A DNA stretch of 64,000 nucleotides from positions 29,344,001 through 29,408,000 of the forward strand of contig CP068257.2 in the NCBI GenBank assembly GCA_009914755.4, read 5' to 3'. The DNA is from the human T2T-CHM13v2.0 reference genome, Homo sapiens. Position 1 is the first letter of the stretch, and each line of letters begins with the position of its first letter. The notes beneath the pieces were generated by a model, which worked only from the letters and a program-made list of their open reading frames with translations, did no database searches and was not told the DNA's origin. Position numbers and translations under genes: made by a program. Below are positions 17,103 through 31,258 of this stretch, in pieces.

Positions 17103-17270
17103 TTTTCTACATGGTGTTCTGGGGAACACTGTCTAGGGAAACGCTAATAGTGATCAAGTAAGTTTAGGCCAATCAGTTTTAAATTAAATATATGATTTTT
17201 AAATTCTGATTTTCTTGCGAAGGTGATCACTTCTAATCTCTTTCCCTAGCTTTCCTCTTAAGCAACAGAG

Positions 17271-18085
17271 ATATATCTGTACATCTTTATTGAACATCTG
17301 TATATCTTTACATCCCTACTGTATATCTATACATCCATATGTCTCTACTGTACATCCATACATCTATACATCTCTATTGTACGTCTATACATCTGTCTCT
17401 ACTGTACATCTATACATCTGCATGTCTCTACTATATGTCTGTACAGCTATACATGCTACATCTATATATCTGTACATCTCTACTGTATGTCTATACATCT
17501 ATACATCTATACTGTACATCTACACATCTGCCCATTGTTACTGTACATCTGTACATCTCTACTTGTCTGTACATCTATACATCTATACATCTGTACATCT
17601 CTACTGAACATCTGTACATCTGTATAGCTCTATTGAACATCTATACATCTGCCCATCTTTACTGTACATCTGTACATCTCTGCTGTGTGTCTGTACATCT
17701 ATACATCTCTACTATACATCTATACATCTGTACATCCCTACTGAACATCTGTATATCTGTATATCTCTACTGTATGTCTATACATCTGTACATGTCTATG
17801 GCACATCTATACATCCGTATGTCTCCATTGTATGTCTGTACATCTGTACATCTCTACTATAAATCTATATATCTGTACATGTCTACTGTACATCTGTACA
17901 CCTGCACATCTCTACTGTATATCTATACATCTGCACATCTCTATCGTTAAGTCTGTACAACTGCATGTCTCTACTGTACATCTGTACATCTACACATCTC
18001 TACCATATGTATGTACTTCTATACATCTTTACTGTACATCTATACACCTGCACATCTATATATCTCTATGTCTCAACTGTACTGA
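17271..18085. repeat. Minisatellite built from an 8-bp subunit TRTACATC, organised into ~29-bp higher-order units (tatacatc tgtacatc tctactgtacatc), about 27 units
   Basis: Variants of ...ctatacatctgtacatctctactgtacatc... recur for about 815 bp. The listed six-frame ORFs in this interval also translate as repeating motifs such as HLYICTSLLY. Confidence 0.85.
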
Positions 18086-20910
18086 CCAGATACAGAGGAC
18101 CTCATACTGCAAGGTCCCTAGTACCAGGCACACAGAGCCACCAGGCAAATATATGTAGCCCTCTAGCATCCCTGCCCACCCCTTCTCAGCACACCTCTTT
18201 ATTCTGCATACATTGTCCCTTGCTGAAACATTAAGCAATCAGTCCAGATGGAAGTAAAAAATCATCCTCCTCATTTTTTCTATGCCCTCAATCTTTTTTA
18301 TTCTTAAGGCTAAAATAAAGTGACATTTGGTTTCACTTTTTAAAAGTTTGTCACTCATAAGAAACCACCTGAAAGTATGTAGGAAAGTGGCTTAGTTTTA
18401 ACCCAGCAATCAGAATGCCACTTAACCACAGGCATATGGATATTCAATTCTCACCTCCAGCAAAAGAGAAAAATGAGGCTTGGCCTTAACGCGTCCACAT
18501 CAGGGAAACTGGAAGCTCGTCTTGGGAATTCAAACAGCCTGAGGCCTTTTCACAAAGCCCAATCAAGCCCTCCCACCCCCACTCACAATTCGACTCTTAC
18601 TTTCACAGTGCATCAAAATAGACAGGAATTACTTTTTCAAACTGGGTAAAATCCAGAAGATTTGTCTTGGGTATCTACTCCTTGGGAAAAACCGTGCTAG
18701 AGACTGAGAATCAAAAGAAACTCTTTCTAATAAACTTAAAGCTTTAATTGAAGCAATAAATCAAATGCACAGAGATGAGCAGCGCAGGATGCTAGGGGGT
18801 AAGAGCCTAACGGCTTACCACTGTTCTCCCAAACGAGAGTGCTTGCACCTGGCTGAACAAGACTTCTGGGGCAGGGCTGAGAACCACAGATAAGAACCAC
18901 CTGGGATTGATAAAGGGCCTGCCCAGCACACGCCTACCTCATCAGACTATGAGGATGAGTGCCCTGGAATCTAAGCTTTGAATCAGCTCTCCAGGGGATT
19001 CCAATAGACACTAAAATCTTAAAGTCATAGGACTACATTTTTTCTTGAAATGTGGTTACCAGACCAGCAACACCTGAATCTTATCAGTAATGAGAATGCG
19101 TCCCTACGCTACAGACCTACTGCATCAAAAATTCTGGCAATGGACTCAGTGATCGCTGTTTAACGAGCCCTCCAGGTGGTTTTGATGAAATGCTGAAAGT
19201 TTGAGAACCGTGGCTATCGTATGTCTCTGCAGACCTCAGTTTGAAAAATATTGCAGTAGCCAATAAGAACACAGGAGTTTAATGAGGGAGGCCATTGCCT
19301 GAAGCAGGAACAGCCTGTAGACCCTTAAAAGAGAAGAGCTCATCTAGAGGATGTGGCATTGAAATAATGGATTACACAGTGGAAAAGAAGAAGGAAAATG
19401 AAAGAAAATGACAATTGGCAGATCTACGCATCAATAATCACTTCAGTGAGCAGAGAAGTTTCATGCCATTTTTGAATTATAGGATTTACAGTTAGGCATG
19501 CTAAGCTTGATCTGGGAGAACGTAAGAGTTACAGGAAAGTGTGGACTTTCTTATTCAGGCATTGAGGAAACCTTAAAGGATAATGAGTTAGGGAATATCA
19601 AGACACAAGATTATGTTTAGGAGATGTGATTATGCATTAATGCACTTAGAGAAATGTAAAGGAGGGTTGAAAAGTAGGAAATTAGATTAAAAGTCTTGCA
19701 GTATTTCAGAAATAAGGTTATGCGGGTCTGCATTAGGGTGCTGGCTGTAAGAGGCAAAGTTAAATAGATACAGAGGTGAAAGGAAGAAAAATGGGCTGTA
19801 CTTGGAGTTTGGATGGGGTAGGGGAGAGTGAAGGAGGAACCGAAAAAGGAAGGGAGATGAGAAGGAGGAAAGTGGATAAAAATGACAGCCCAGCTTCAAG
19901 GCTGATCAATAAGGAGCATTTATGAACACAGGAAATCCTGAAGGGGTATGAGCTTGGGGCAGGGAGTGGGGAACGGGGGTGGGGGAGATTTGGAGCCTCA
20001 TCATTTCTCACAATTATCTCTACTCTTTTTATCACGTTCAGTTCTCAAATCATTCTACTGCAAAGGCGATGAAGATAATAATTCTACAAGCTCTGTGGCA
20101 ACTGGATACCAAGGCCCTTCTGGCTTACAAAGAGAGAAAGTCTAAATTTACCCAAGAAATGTTGTTTATCCGTATTACATCTGGAGAGCAACTTCAATCT
20201 TAATCCTCAAAATCTTCCAGGAAATTCCCCAGGGAACCTAGAATGCTGGCTCTCATTTACAGTAGCTAAAGACACCTTGGTTAACTTGGATGTACATTTA
20301 ACCTAAAGTATCTGTAATTTCAAATTTGCCAACAAAAAACATTAACTCTGCCTTTGCATGAAAACATATCAGTTAAGGAGGCCCAATTTGAAGCAGTCTG
20401 AATGCACATTTTTGCTTCTGCCTCCTCATTAATGGTATGCAAGTGTGTTGCTAAAACATGTAAACATTTCAGGGCGTAGAAAAACCTCCTTGATGCCAGC
20501 ATTCCTGCTTAATTCTTCCCTCTCCTGGCAAACCTTCTGGAATGTAGTAGTTAAACTCCCAGGTGTGCTGATGGGTAACAGAATGATTAAAGAATAATAA
20601 AACACTAAAGGTCACTTTCTGGTTCAGGATTTGGAGATGACCTAGCTCCATGCAAACTGAGTCAGAGGCTCTGGACTTGACTCAGAGGTGGTGCTTGCAT
20701 AGGGCGGATTAAAATGCTCTACAAAGCAGAAGCCAGAAACACACACCAGGATGGGAGACAGGGATGCCTGTTAACAACCACTGCTGCCAACTGAAAGGGC
20801 TCCCAATGACCAAAGCTGGAAGAAGTTAAGCAATAAAATAAATAACATTATATGAGATTATAATGCAAAATATAAAATAAGCATTCATAAACTCATACTC
20901 ATTATATTAC

Positions 20911-21355
20911 TTTCCTAAGGCTGCCATAACAAATTAACACACAGTCTGTGACTTAGACAATAGAAATTTGTTTTCTCACAATTCTCAAGGATAAAAATCT
21001 GAAATTAAGCTGTTGGCTGGGCTACACTCCCTCTGAGACTCTAGGAGAGAATCCATTCTTTGTCTCCTCCAGCTTCTGGTGGCTCCAGATGTCCCTGGTC
21101 TTGTGTCTGCATAACTCCAACCTCTGCCTCCATCTCCACACGGCCTTCTCCTGGGTGAACCTCCTCTTCTGTGTCTTATAAGGATGCTTGGCATTGGATT
21201 TAGGACCCACCTAGATAATCCAGTATAATCTTGTTTTGAAATTCTTAACTTAGTCACAACTGCGATGACTTCTTTGCAAATAAGGTCACATTCACAAGTT
21301 GCAGGGATTAGGTAGTGGGCATATCTTTTTGGGAGCCACCGTTCAAACCACTATG
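20911..21355 (-). mobile_element. MaLR LTR (MLT1-type)
   Basis: The plus strand reads ctaaggctgccataacaaattaacacacagtctgtgacttagacaatagaaatttgttttctcacaattc...cttataaggatgcttggcattggatttaggacccacctagataatcc. This is the reverse complement of the MLT1 3' and 5' landmark sequences. Confidence 0.65.
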
Positions 21356-22099
21356 CTGATATAAATGAATGATTGATTGAATAAATGGCTGAGTAAACAG
21401 GCAAATAAATAGAGAGGATAGACAACTCTCCCATGCAAAAGAATTTTAAATAATTTATGGAGCTACTCCCCACTCAAGAATGTGGAACAAAATTCTCTAC
21501 TCCTTAAACATGGGCTGTACATAGTGACTTCCTTCCAAAGAGTACAGTGTGAGAGGGGGTGGGGAGAGAGTAACTCTACAGTGGAGAAAGCTAACGAACA
21601 CTACCCAGGCCAGGTGATCAATGTTATGTCAACAGCAAAGAGTCATGTTAATAGCATGATGTGAAGAGAATGGCATTTGTTTCTGTTGTCTTCCTTCAAA
21701 AAAAAAAAAAACAACAACATAACCCCCTCCCAACGCTGAAAAAAGCATCAGAAAAAAGCTTCATTGAAAAAAAAAATCTGCAAAATACATGACTAGTACT
21801 CCTCAAAGCTTCTCAAGGCCACCAAAACCAAAGTCTGAAAAAATGTCACAGTCTAAATGAGCCTAATGAGATGGGACAACAAAGCGAAATGCAGGATCCT
21901 GGACAAGAAAAAAGGAGGTTCAGTAAAAATTTAGGAAGTGAAAGAAGGGTGGACTTTAGTTAATATCAATGTATCGATGTTGGTTTATTAGCTGTGACAG
22001 GTGAACCACAGTAATGTGAGATAAGGATAGCCAGGCCTTGGATCTATGAGAACACCCTGAACTACCTATCTTTGCAGCTTTTCTTTAAATCTAAAACTG

Positions 22100-22400
<301 letters not shown>

Positions 22401-22482
22401 CTAAAACTATTCTAAAATAAAAATGTATTTTTAAGATCTGAATATTGCTGCATTCCTTTGATAAAGGGATGGGGGCCTAATC

Positions 22483-22679
22483 CAGGGGTTCTCAGCCTCA
22501 GCACTACTGACTTTTGTTGGAGGAAGTTTTTTGTACATTGTAGGATGTTAAGCAGCATCCCTGGCCTTCATTCACTAGATGCTAGAAGCACACCTCCCTT
22601 CCCAGTTTGTGTACACCCAGATACAGCTCCTGACATTGGCAAGGAGTGAGGCAAAATCATTCCTGGTCCAGGACCACTG
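22483..22679 (+). mobile_element. Ancient non-autonomous DNA-transposon-like MITE (family not assigned); termini caggggttctc...ccactg
   Basis: caggggttctcagcc...tgtacattgtaggatgttaagcagcatccctggcc...gacattggcaagg...ccaggaccactg matches a common human MITE with inverted termini cagtggttctcaacc / ggttgagaaccactg. Confidence 0.5.
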
Positions 22680-22810
22680 ACCCTGTCCAAGGCAGAGAGG
22701 CCAGATGTCATGAGAAAAACAAACTTATCCAAATCCAAGTGCTGGCTATGCCACTTACCTGCTGTGTGACCTCAGGCAACTGACTTCTCTAAGCTCTGAT
22801 TTTTCATCCT

Positions 22811-23137
<327 letters not shown>

Positions 23138-24761
23138 AATTTCTCATCTTTAAATGAGAATAATGAATCTCTACTTCCTAGGTAATTGTGAGGATAAAAA
23201 CATGTGAAGATTTTAGCACAAGTGCCTGAATATAGTAAATTAAATATAAGATACAAGTTGTGGTTATTTTGATAACAATTCATAATCCTTCGCTCTGAGA
23301 AGGATTAGTAATGTCTTCTGAGCAGACATGAGGAGGCTTTAATTAACACCCAGGCCCTCAAATCCTTTAACAGTAGATGTAGCTCAGGAAGGCCATGCAA
23401 CGCCTGTTGATGGCTTGTCCCAAATGTCATCGTGACCCAAGCTAAGTGATGAGCTTATTGAACATCTGACATTGATGAGCTTCTTTTGAAATAGGTTTCA
23501 TTTTTCTCCAAGCACTTCCTTCCAACGTACCTGGTCTGAGTCCTGTTCCCAGTTCTTGACGGCAAAGGAGCTTATTGGTCAGTTGCAGTGGTAAGAAGGG
23601 CCTTCTTATAAATTGATTTCTGCAGACATGACTCACTAATGTAACTTAAACTTCAGCCTCAGGTCCATGTCACAACACAAGCCTGGCCCTGGAGTGGGGA
23701 TGTGTAATGGGGGCCATACTCTCTCTTCTCCCTCCCTGTCCTGACACCTGTTCCTCCAGAGCCAGGCAGGTGGGAACCAGATCAGAGAAGAAGAGGCACA
23801 CGTCCCTCCTCCCGGGTGCTAGTGAGTTACCCACTGGGAGATGTCCACATACTGGCTCTTTCTTGGGGTGCATGGAAGAGTTTTCAAAAGCCTGCAGGGA
23901 ACTTTACCCTGGTAGGTCCCCTATAGGGGCGATCTGCTCTGCTGTCTCCAGTTCCTGCCCTAACAGTGCATCCACACAACTGTTACTGCTGTAATTCCCT
24001 GACCACCGCAGGATATCCTCTTGGCCATTGTATCCTCAAGGCACTTTTTGCCAGGTTATCGCCCATTATTTCATTTGGTCCATAGGAATGCATACATTTG
24101 TACCAGACAAAAGGTGTGAGTGTCACCCTCCCAGCTGCCTTCTCTCAACTTCCTAACATCACAAACTGCTCTTATCAGCCTTCCCTCTCCACAGTTATGA
24201 AAGCAAGCAAGAGGTACAAGCTCATAAACTCACGTGCATGCACAGACTCCGGGAAATGTGTCACATTCTCCCAAGAAGGTTCTCACCACCCCCTACCACA
24301 CGGAGACGGATCTTTGGATTTCTTCAGCTAAGCAGGCCTCCAGTCACTAAATCAGTCTCCGCTCTTGTTGGCATGCTCCTATCTCCAAAAGGCGACCTGG
24401 AGCCCTGGCCCTCAGGCAGCATAAGGAGGGAACAGAGCCTCACTGCCTAAGACCTCTTGCTAGATCAGTAACCACTCTTTCCATGAATCCCCCTTTCTAC
24501 CAATGCTCTTCTTGAATGAAATGTCATGAAATCTAGTCTTCTCTTTACATAGAGTGTGGGGGTAGCACAACAATCCACTCTTCTTTAGTGAGGCATTTGG
24601 AAGAGGAATTTGCCACCTCCTAGCATTCCCTTTAAGATATGGAAACACCTACTGCTTATTATCCTCAGCTTTGGGACTTTAGCTGAAAGCCCTGACAATA
24701 GGAAATGTCTCCTTCGGCATCCCGTTAATCTGTGTGCAGCTGCATTATAAATAGTATTACT

Positions 24762-25050
24762 GGCAGGGTACCATGGCTCACGCCTGTAATCCCAACTCTT
24801 TGGGAGATCACCTGAGGCCAGGAGTTCAAGACTAGCCTGGGCAACATGGAGAAACCTTGTCTCTACTAAAAATAAAAAAAAAAAATAGCTGGGCGTGGTG
24901 GCACATCCCTTTAACCCCAGCTACTCAGATAGCTACTCACTTGCTGAGGCACGTGAATCGCTTGAACCTGGGAGGTAGAAGTTGCAGGGAGCCGAGATTG
25001 TGCCACTGCTCTCCACCCTGGGCGACAGAGACTCTGTCTCAAAAAATAAA
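24762..25050 (+). mobile_element. Alu with a deletion in the left monomer
   Basis: ggcagggtaccatggctcacgcctgtaatcccaactctttgggagatcacctgaggccaggagttcaagac runs through to ...gagactctgtctcaaaaaataaa. Confidence 0.85.
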
Positions 25051-28000
25051 GTATTATTTAAATTCTTGGCAATCTGAGATGTTGACCAGGTAGAGGGTTT
25101 ATCCCACCAGATACAATAAAAGATAGATCCTATTGCATCTAATAGTAACTCAGCTGGCCAGGGTCTGTGCTAAGGCATGCAAAATAAACACTGGGAAGGC
25201 AAGGGTAGTGACAGCAGGAAGAAAAGGAATAAATAAACCTATCACACGCCAGCATCATGAAGATGTTACCGAGAGCCCATGGCTATTGGGATCCTGAAGT
25301 AACACGAGGAAACAAAGATCAGTTTCACACACAGAAATAGGGAAGACATGTTGATGTCATGAAGATCCTCAAAGGGACCTCAGGGATGACCATCCTTACC
25401 GTAGCTCTAAAGTGACAACCTGAGCCAGGCTTACATCACAAAGAGGAGAATAAGAGAAACCCTCATCCCATGGTGACATCCCAAGACTGTCTCCTGATCT
25501 AGCCCCCTCCCATCACCACGCCAACCAGGAGGCGTCAGCCTGGCACTAACGCGGAGATGTCTGTGCTCAGGGTCTGCCTGTTTTCTCTTGGGAGCTGTGG
25601 GGATCTTGTGTTGCTCACTGCTACTTCTTGGACTTTCAGCCTTCTCCATGCGCAGCATCAATAGCTGAGAAAACATTCCGAATCACACTGACCCTATTTA
25701 TTAAGCAAAGGAAGAATATTCTAAGATATAAGGAACAGCTGATTACTGCTATAATGTTGTTTAATAGATAAGAACTAAAGGATGTTGGAAGGTTGTGACA
25801 TTGGTCAACCAGAAGGAAATTTAGAAGGAAATGTTAACCAGGGTAGCCTTGATGCCAGCCCCCCATTTCTTAGAAGTTGAGAGCTAAAGGGTATCAGAAC
25901 AGCTCCTGAGCGTCCCAACAAGGATTCCTAGATTTACTCAATTTGAAGATACCATCAATTGTGAGACACAACAAAAAATGGGAGGAAATAACAATTCACC
26001 AAAATTTTAAACATTCGATCAATAGTAAGGTGCTTCTCAATTTCATAAATATTAAAATGTGATGGGAAAAACTAATCAGAAAAAGAGAATAATTAAATGA
26101 CTCCTAGGACTAGAAGAAAACCTCGAAAGGTCTTTCAGCTGACCCCATGCCTTGAGGCGGGCCCCTACACTTCCGCCCAAATCAGAGAAAGTCTGACTAA
26201 TGTTAAAGATTAGGTTCTTTTCATTTTCCATGCCATTCCCTCAGTGAGAGTGAATTATAATTTGCCACGAATATAAAGAAGAGAGAAAAAAGTACATACA
26301 ATTTGCATACTAAAAATTGGAATACTAATGAAGACAAATCACTCCCCTCTGGGAGATGATCTGCTACTAAAATCCTTTTCCTCTGCTTTTAACTTGGCTT
26401 AGTGAAAAATAAATAATTTTTTTAAACTGCAGGGGGTGGGCAATGAGCTTCATTTAGAAAGTATTTCAAAGGTACCCTGGCTTTGTGCATTTTAAACATG
26501 AATTTCAGTAGATGCATTTATCTTTTTAACTATATTGTGCACGCATGCTAAGTTATATATGGCTCTTACAAGAATACGAAATTAGAATCTGCCCCACTGC
26601 AGAGAAAAGTGAAACACTCTTCATTATACCAGGCAGTGTAGGGTAACCTCCGGCTTTGAGTCAGCTGAACCTAAGTTTGAAATTCAACTTTATAACTCAC
26701 TTCGGCATCCCACCTCTATCTCTTGAACTTCTGTTTCTTGATTTATAAAATGGTGCAAATAATTCCCACACGTTACATTCAGGAATCGGTGAGATAACAG
26801 GTGTATATAACACTTTACACAGTGCCAGGGATTCGGTAAGGTTTTGGTCTATCATCTCGGCCCCTTTAAAAACAACCATTATAATAGAGTTTTTCAAAGT
26901 AAATGCTAATTTTAAAGTGAATCACATTGTTCCTAATTATGCTGGTTTAGATTGCAACTTTCATGGGAAATGAGGAGGCAGCATTTTGTTTTTACTTAAT
27001 AAACAAATGGTGCCTAGTTTATGCCACGCTCCATATGAGGTGTGAGAATGGACAGAGAGAAGACTGTGACACAGTTCTGGTTCCCCAAGGTTCCACCATC
27101 TAGTAGCCCACTGAGGAGCAGGGCGAAGCCTCGCCAGACACAGTGAGCCAGGCTCTAATAGAGGCATGGTACCAGGGGCAGGGCCCTCAAAGAGGCATCT
27201 GACAACCTGGAACACTGAAAAGGGCTCCATAGAGGTACAGGAACTGGAGTACAGCAAGATGTGGATGAAGCAGGGTGGGGTCTGCAGTGAGAACTGGATG
27301 CCCTGTTGCTCAGAAGGAAGGGAATCGGCTCTCATCACGGCTGTCAGCCAAGGGGCCCGGGGAAGAGAACACGCCTTCTATCTGCATAGCTGCCGGAGCA
27401 TCCAAAGGTCCAGAAAGGTCTGGGCTCCTTCAACTTTATTCCTCAGGGACTCTGCAAAGCCTCAGATCAACTTTCTGACCGGCCCTGCTTGGCTTCCTCT
27501 TCTCCTGTCTCAGGATTCCACGGCCTGCAGCCCCAGTGCTTTTACTGCGTTTCACGGCCCTCTTGTATATTAGATTCTAATTCCCGATGCTTCTTCTCAA
27601 GACCCCTTTTCCTAGAAAATCCATAGAAACTTTCATGGTTGCTAAAGCTTAGAAAAATGTCTTGCCCCAGGCTGGCTTCAAAGGATCACACGAAACCAGC
27701 AGCTCACCTCTCTGGTATTGATGCAGTTTCTCCAGAGCTGCAATGACCCCTAATGCCATCACAAATGACAGTCTTGGATCAAATTTAGGGTCCAATGTAG
27801 AAAGAATGTGGGCATTGAGAGGAAAAGGGTCTGGAATGTGCAGCCACTAAATCATCATGGAGCAGAGAAAACACCTGAATGTACTGAGACTAAGCCATTG
27901 GCTTCTGAAAGAAAGACAGGAGCTCTAGAATTTACCACCTCAAAGAGAACATTAGAAAGAGCCTTCAAAAGGAATGAGAAGCCCCAACCTCCCTCTGAGC

Positions 28001-30796
28001 ATCCTTGTTCTTGCTCCGACATTCCTCTGCCTGCTTTGATTTTTCTTTCAAGCCACAGATTCGTACCTGGCACAACAATGCGCAAACTCCATAGCCTGGC
28101 ATTTTTCCACCTAATATTCACCCCTGGTGGAGACTGATTTATGTATAAATTGTCTTGGCATAACAGGTGACACTTTGTAACTTGGCTGTCCTTCACTGTC
28201 AACAGGGGCTCCTGAAACATGCCTTCCTCACCTGCCTGGTGACTCTGCACCTGTGATTCTCAGTGGCTGCTCGCTCACCCCTTGACTTGCTGGCAGAGGC
28301 GGAGGCTGCTGATGGCTGGTATTCATCTCCCCACAGTGGCACCTCATGGTCCTCAACTCCAAGATGCAGAGGGAGCAAGGGAAGACGCAAGCCCCTCTGT
28401 CATCTCATCTGATGGAAATAGTCACGTGGTGTTGGATCAGGCAGGGCCCTCACTGGGGGACTTCTGTTCCAGAACCATCCCCAAGCTGTTACCACCTTTC
28501 GATCTCCTTTGGCAACTGGTCTATGATCAAATGACTTTGGGATAAACTCTTGCCCAAAGTTGGGTCCATGGCTCTGACTGGATGCTCCTGAATGAGATAA
28601 TGGAGAAAGGGAGGAGGAATGTTCACGTCTACGACCTCCCGGGAAAATAATTTGAGGCTAATTAAAAATAATTTAACTTAAATACAGTTGGGGTTTCCAG
28701 GGCAAAACACATCTCTTTGGATGGCAAGGATTAGAAAAATTACATTCAAAAAACCAATGCTCTGAAGCCCCGGTTTGCAAGAATTTGGCTTTTCTCTGCA
28801 TTTTTGCAAGAAACATAAATTGTCTGCAATACATTCCAAAGATCCTCACCCAACAGCACAAGCCAAAGTGCTTACATAGCACAACCTTGATGGTTCTCAG
28901 CCCACCCTCGGTAATGGATAATTCTCATGACGTGAATAATTTGTTATCTCAAGTGTGAATAAGGTTAGACATTTCTCCTCACGAACGGTCTAAAAATAAT
29001 ACCATGAGAGCCTCTTATATATTGAGTCAGTTGCTCTTTGGCAAGAAAAGAAGTGTATGTAAGGTGAAAAGTGTATCCCTCTAATCTTTCTATTCTAACC
29101 AAATTATTTTATTTCATGATCTATATCCTACTAATTGCAGGTGTCAGAAATAATAGGTGCTAGCACTTACATGGTACTTACCACGTGCCAGTTACCAGTT
29201 GAAGTGCTTTCCTGAACACATCTAATCCCCCAAACTACTTTAGGATAGGTATTATGATTATCAAGTGCCTTTTAAAGATTATGAAACAAAGGCACAGAGA
29301 GGTTAAGTAGCTTGCCCAAGATCACACAGCTTGTCCTGTAAGAAGCCAAGCCTGTATTCATACCTGATGTTCTATGTGTAATGTCTGTGCACTTACCCAT
29401 TATTACACTCTTATGTCTCTCTAAAAATGTCACATAGGTGAAAATGTCACAAGAGTGAAAAAAGTTAAACATGTTCAATATGTAACAAAAATATTTTAGG
29501 GGTTTTTTTTTTTTGTCTAAATTGGGGGATGTTCAGGGTCTCCAAGCAATTTGTGAAAATTATTTTATTACTAGTGCAAAAACAAACAAAAAAACCCAGA
29601 GATCATCTAATCCAACTCTTCCCATTTTTTATCAAGGAGACTGAGGCTCAGAGTAATAAAAAGATTTCCCTGAGAACTAAGATTTGGGTGTTTTTCTCCT
29701 AGTAATCATGAATAATACTACCAGACAATGGGCGCTTGGATCTTGGTCCAGATACTATTAATTAACCTTGGGTTAATCCTAAGCAGTTTTCTTAGTTCTG
29801 AAATGAGAAGCTTAAAATAAATGTTTTCTAAGGTTTCCTTAAGCTGCACTTTCAATGATTCTAAATTGACTGACTGGTGCAGGGTCAAATAGCTTCGTGG
29901 ACAACGAAAAAAATAGGAAAAGGGTGGGAAAGGCAAGTAGAACTACTAAGAGGGGTCTGGAGGAATGGGGCTGCATCATCACTGGAGTGGGAACAGAATT
30001 CTCTGTGTTTCTTTTGTCTCCTCTGGGGACTGGTCTCAGAGCATGAAAGGGATAAATCAGAACATCAGCCCTTCACCTGATCTGTGTGTGAGTTAAAGCA
30101 AGACCTAGAGAGGACAGGGAACAGCAGAGTGTAGCTCAGTAATGACTTCCAAATTATGCAAAGGGAGATTTGGAATCAAGCTGAACCCATAATACTAAAT
30201 TACAGTGCACCTTCAAGTACAGAGGAATTGAATTTCACTGGGGAATCTGAGGATTGGAGGCCTATAAACCCACAGAAGGGAGTTGTGCCAAAAAATATAA
30301 CCAAGCAGCAAGTAGGATGACTAAAGAAATTGTGATGACCTTTTGTCTGCTCTTTTGTGACTATGAAAAATAAATGCATGCCCCCTTCCAAAAAAAAGAA
30401 AAAGAAAAAACTGCAGCAAAATCTGTTACACCAATGCCTATTGGAGAATATAAAGATTGGGAGGTCAAATTCCACATGTTTTAGCAGTGAGCAGATAGCA
30501 TAACAGTAGGAAAGAAGATTGGATTAAAATCTGTAGGCTTACTAAAAGCAGAAGCCCCATAATATAAAAGGTCCCTGTAGGACCTTTTTATATTATGTGA
30601 CTTTTTTTAATGTCTAGGAAAACATGAGCTCGCAGCCATTTTCAAAAGCTTTGAGGAGGACCTTGGACCTCCCTTGAAATGTTGGATTGACCTCCCCATA
30701 GTGTTAGCTAACTCTCCACACACAGAGTGAATGTCAGGTGACATTAAAAAGAACAGAACCAAGACTTCCCAGCAGAACTAAATGGAAAAAGATAAT

Positions 30797-30894
30797 CGTT
30801 TCTCAATCTTGGCACTCTTAACATTTCAGGCTAATAATTTTTTGTTGTGAGGGGCTGTGCTGTATACAGTGTAGGAAGTTCACCAGCATCCCTG
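30797..30894 (+). mobile_element. 5' half of a DNA-transposon MITE (same family as 22483-22679), split by the THE1 insertion
   Basis: The sequence reads ttctcaatcttggcactcttaacatttcaggctaataattttttgttgtgaggggctgtgctgtatacagtgtaggaagttcaccagcatccctgg and stops at the THE1 boundary. Confidence 0.5.
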
Positions 30895-31258
30895 GTATAT
30901 TAGTCTGCTCTCACACTGCTAATTATAGACATACCTGAGACTGAGTAATTTATAAAGGAAAGAGGTTTAATGGACTCATGGTTCCACATGGCTGGGGAGG
31001 CCTCATAATCATGGTGGAAGGTGAAGGAGGAGCAAAGTCACATCTTACATGGCGGCAGGCAAGAAGGGAGAGTGTGCAGGGGAACTCCCCTTTATCAAAC
31101 CATCAGATCTCATGAGACTTATTCACTATCACAAGAACAGCATGGGAAAGACCCACCCCCAGGATTCAATTACCTCCCACCAGGGCCCTCCCACAACACA
31201 TGGGAATTATAGGAGCTACAATTTGAGATTTGGGTGAGGACACAGCCAAATCATATCA
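30895..31258 (-). mobile_element. THE1-type MaLR solo LTR (~364 bp) with a 5-bp target-site duplication cctgg
   Basis: The plus strand runs from ggtatattagtctgctctcacactgctaattatagacatacctgagactgagtaatttataaaggaaagaggtttaatggactcatggttccacatggctggggaggcctcataatcatggtggaagg to cacagccaaatcatatca. This is the reverse complement of the THE1 consensus tgatatg...ccatgtggaaccatgagtccattaaacctctttcctttataaattactcagtctc. cctgg is found on both flanks. Confidence 0.8.

Noticed and set aside
17290-18234. Series of overlapping 89-203-aa plus-strand ORFs with repetitive peptides (HLYICTSLLY...)
   Set aside because: They sit entirely within the TRTACATC minisatellite. The periodic sequence lacks stop codons in-frame. 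They are not coding.
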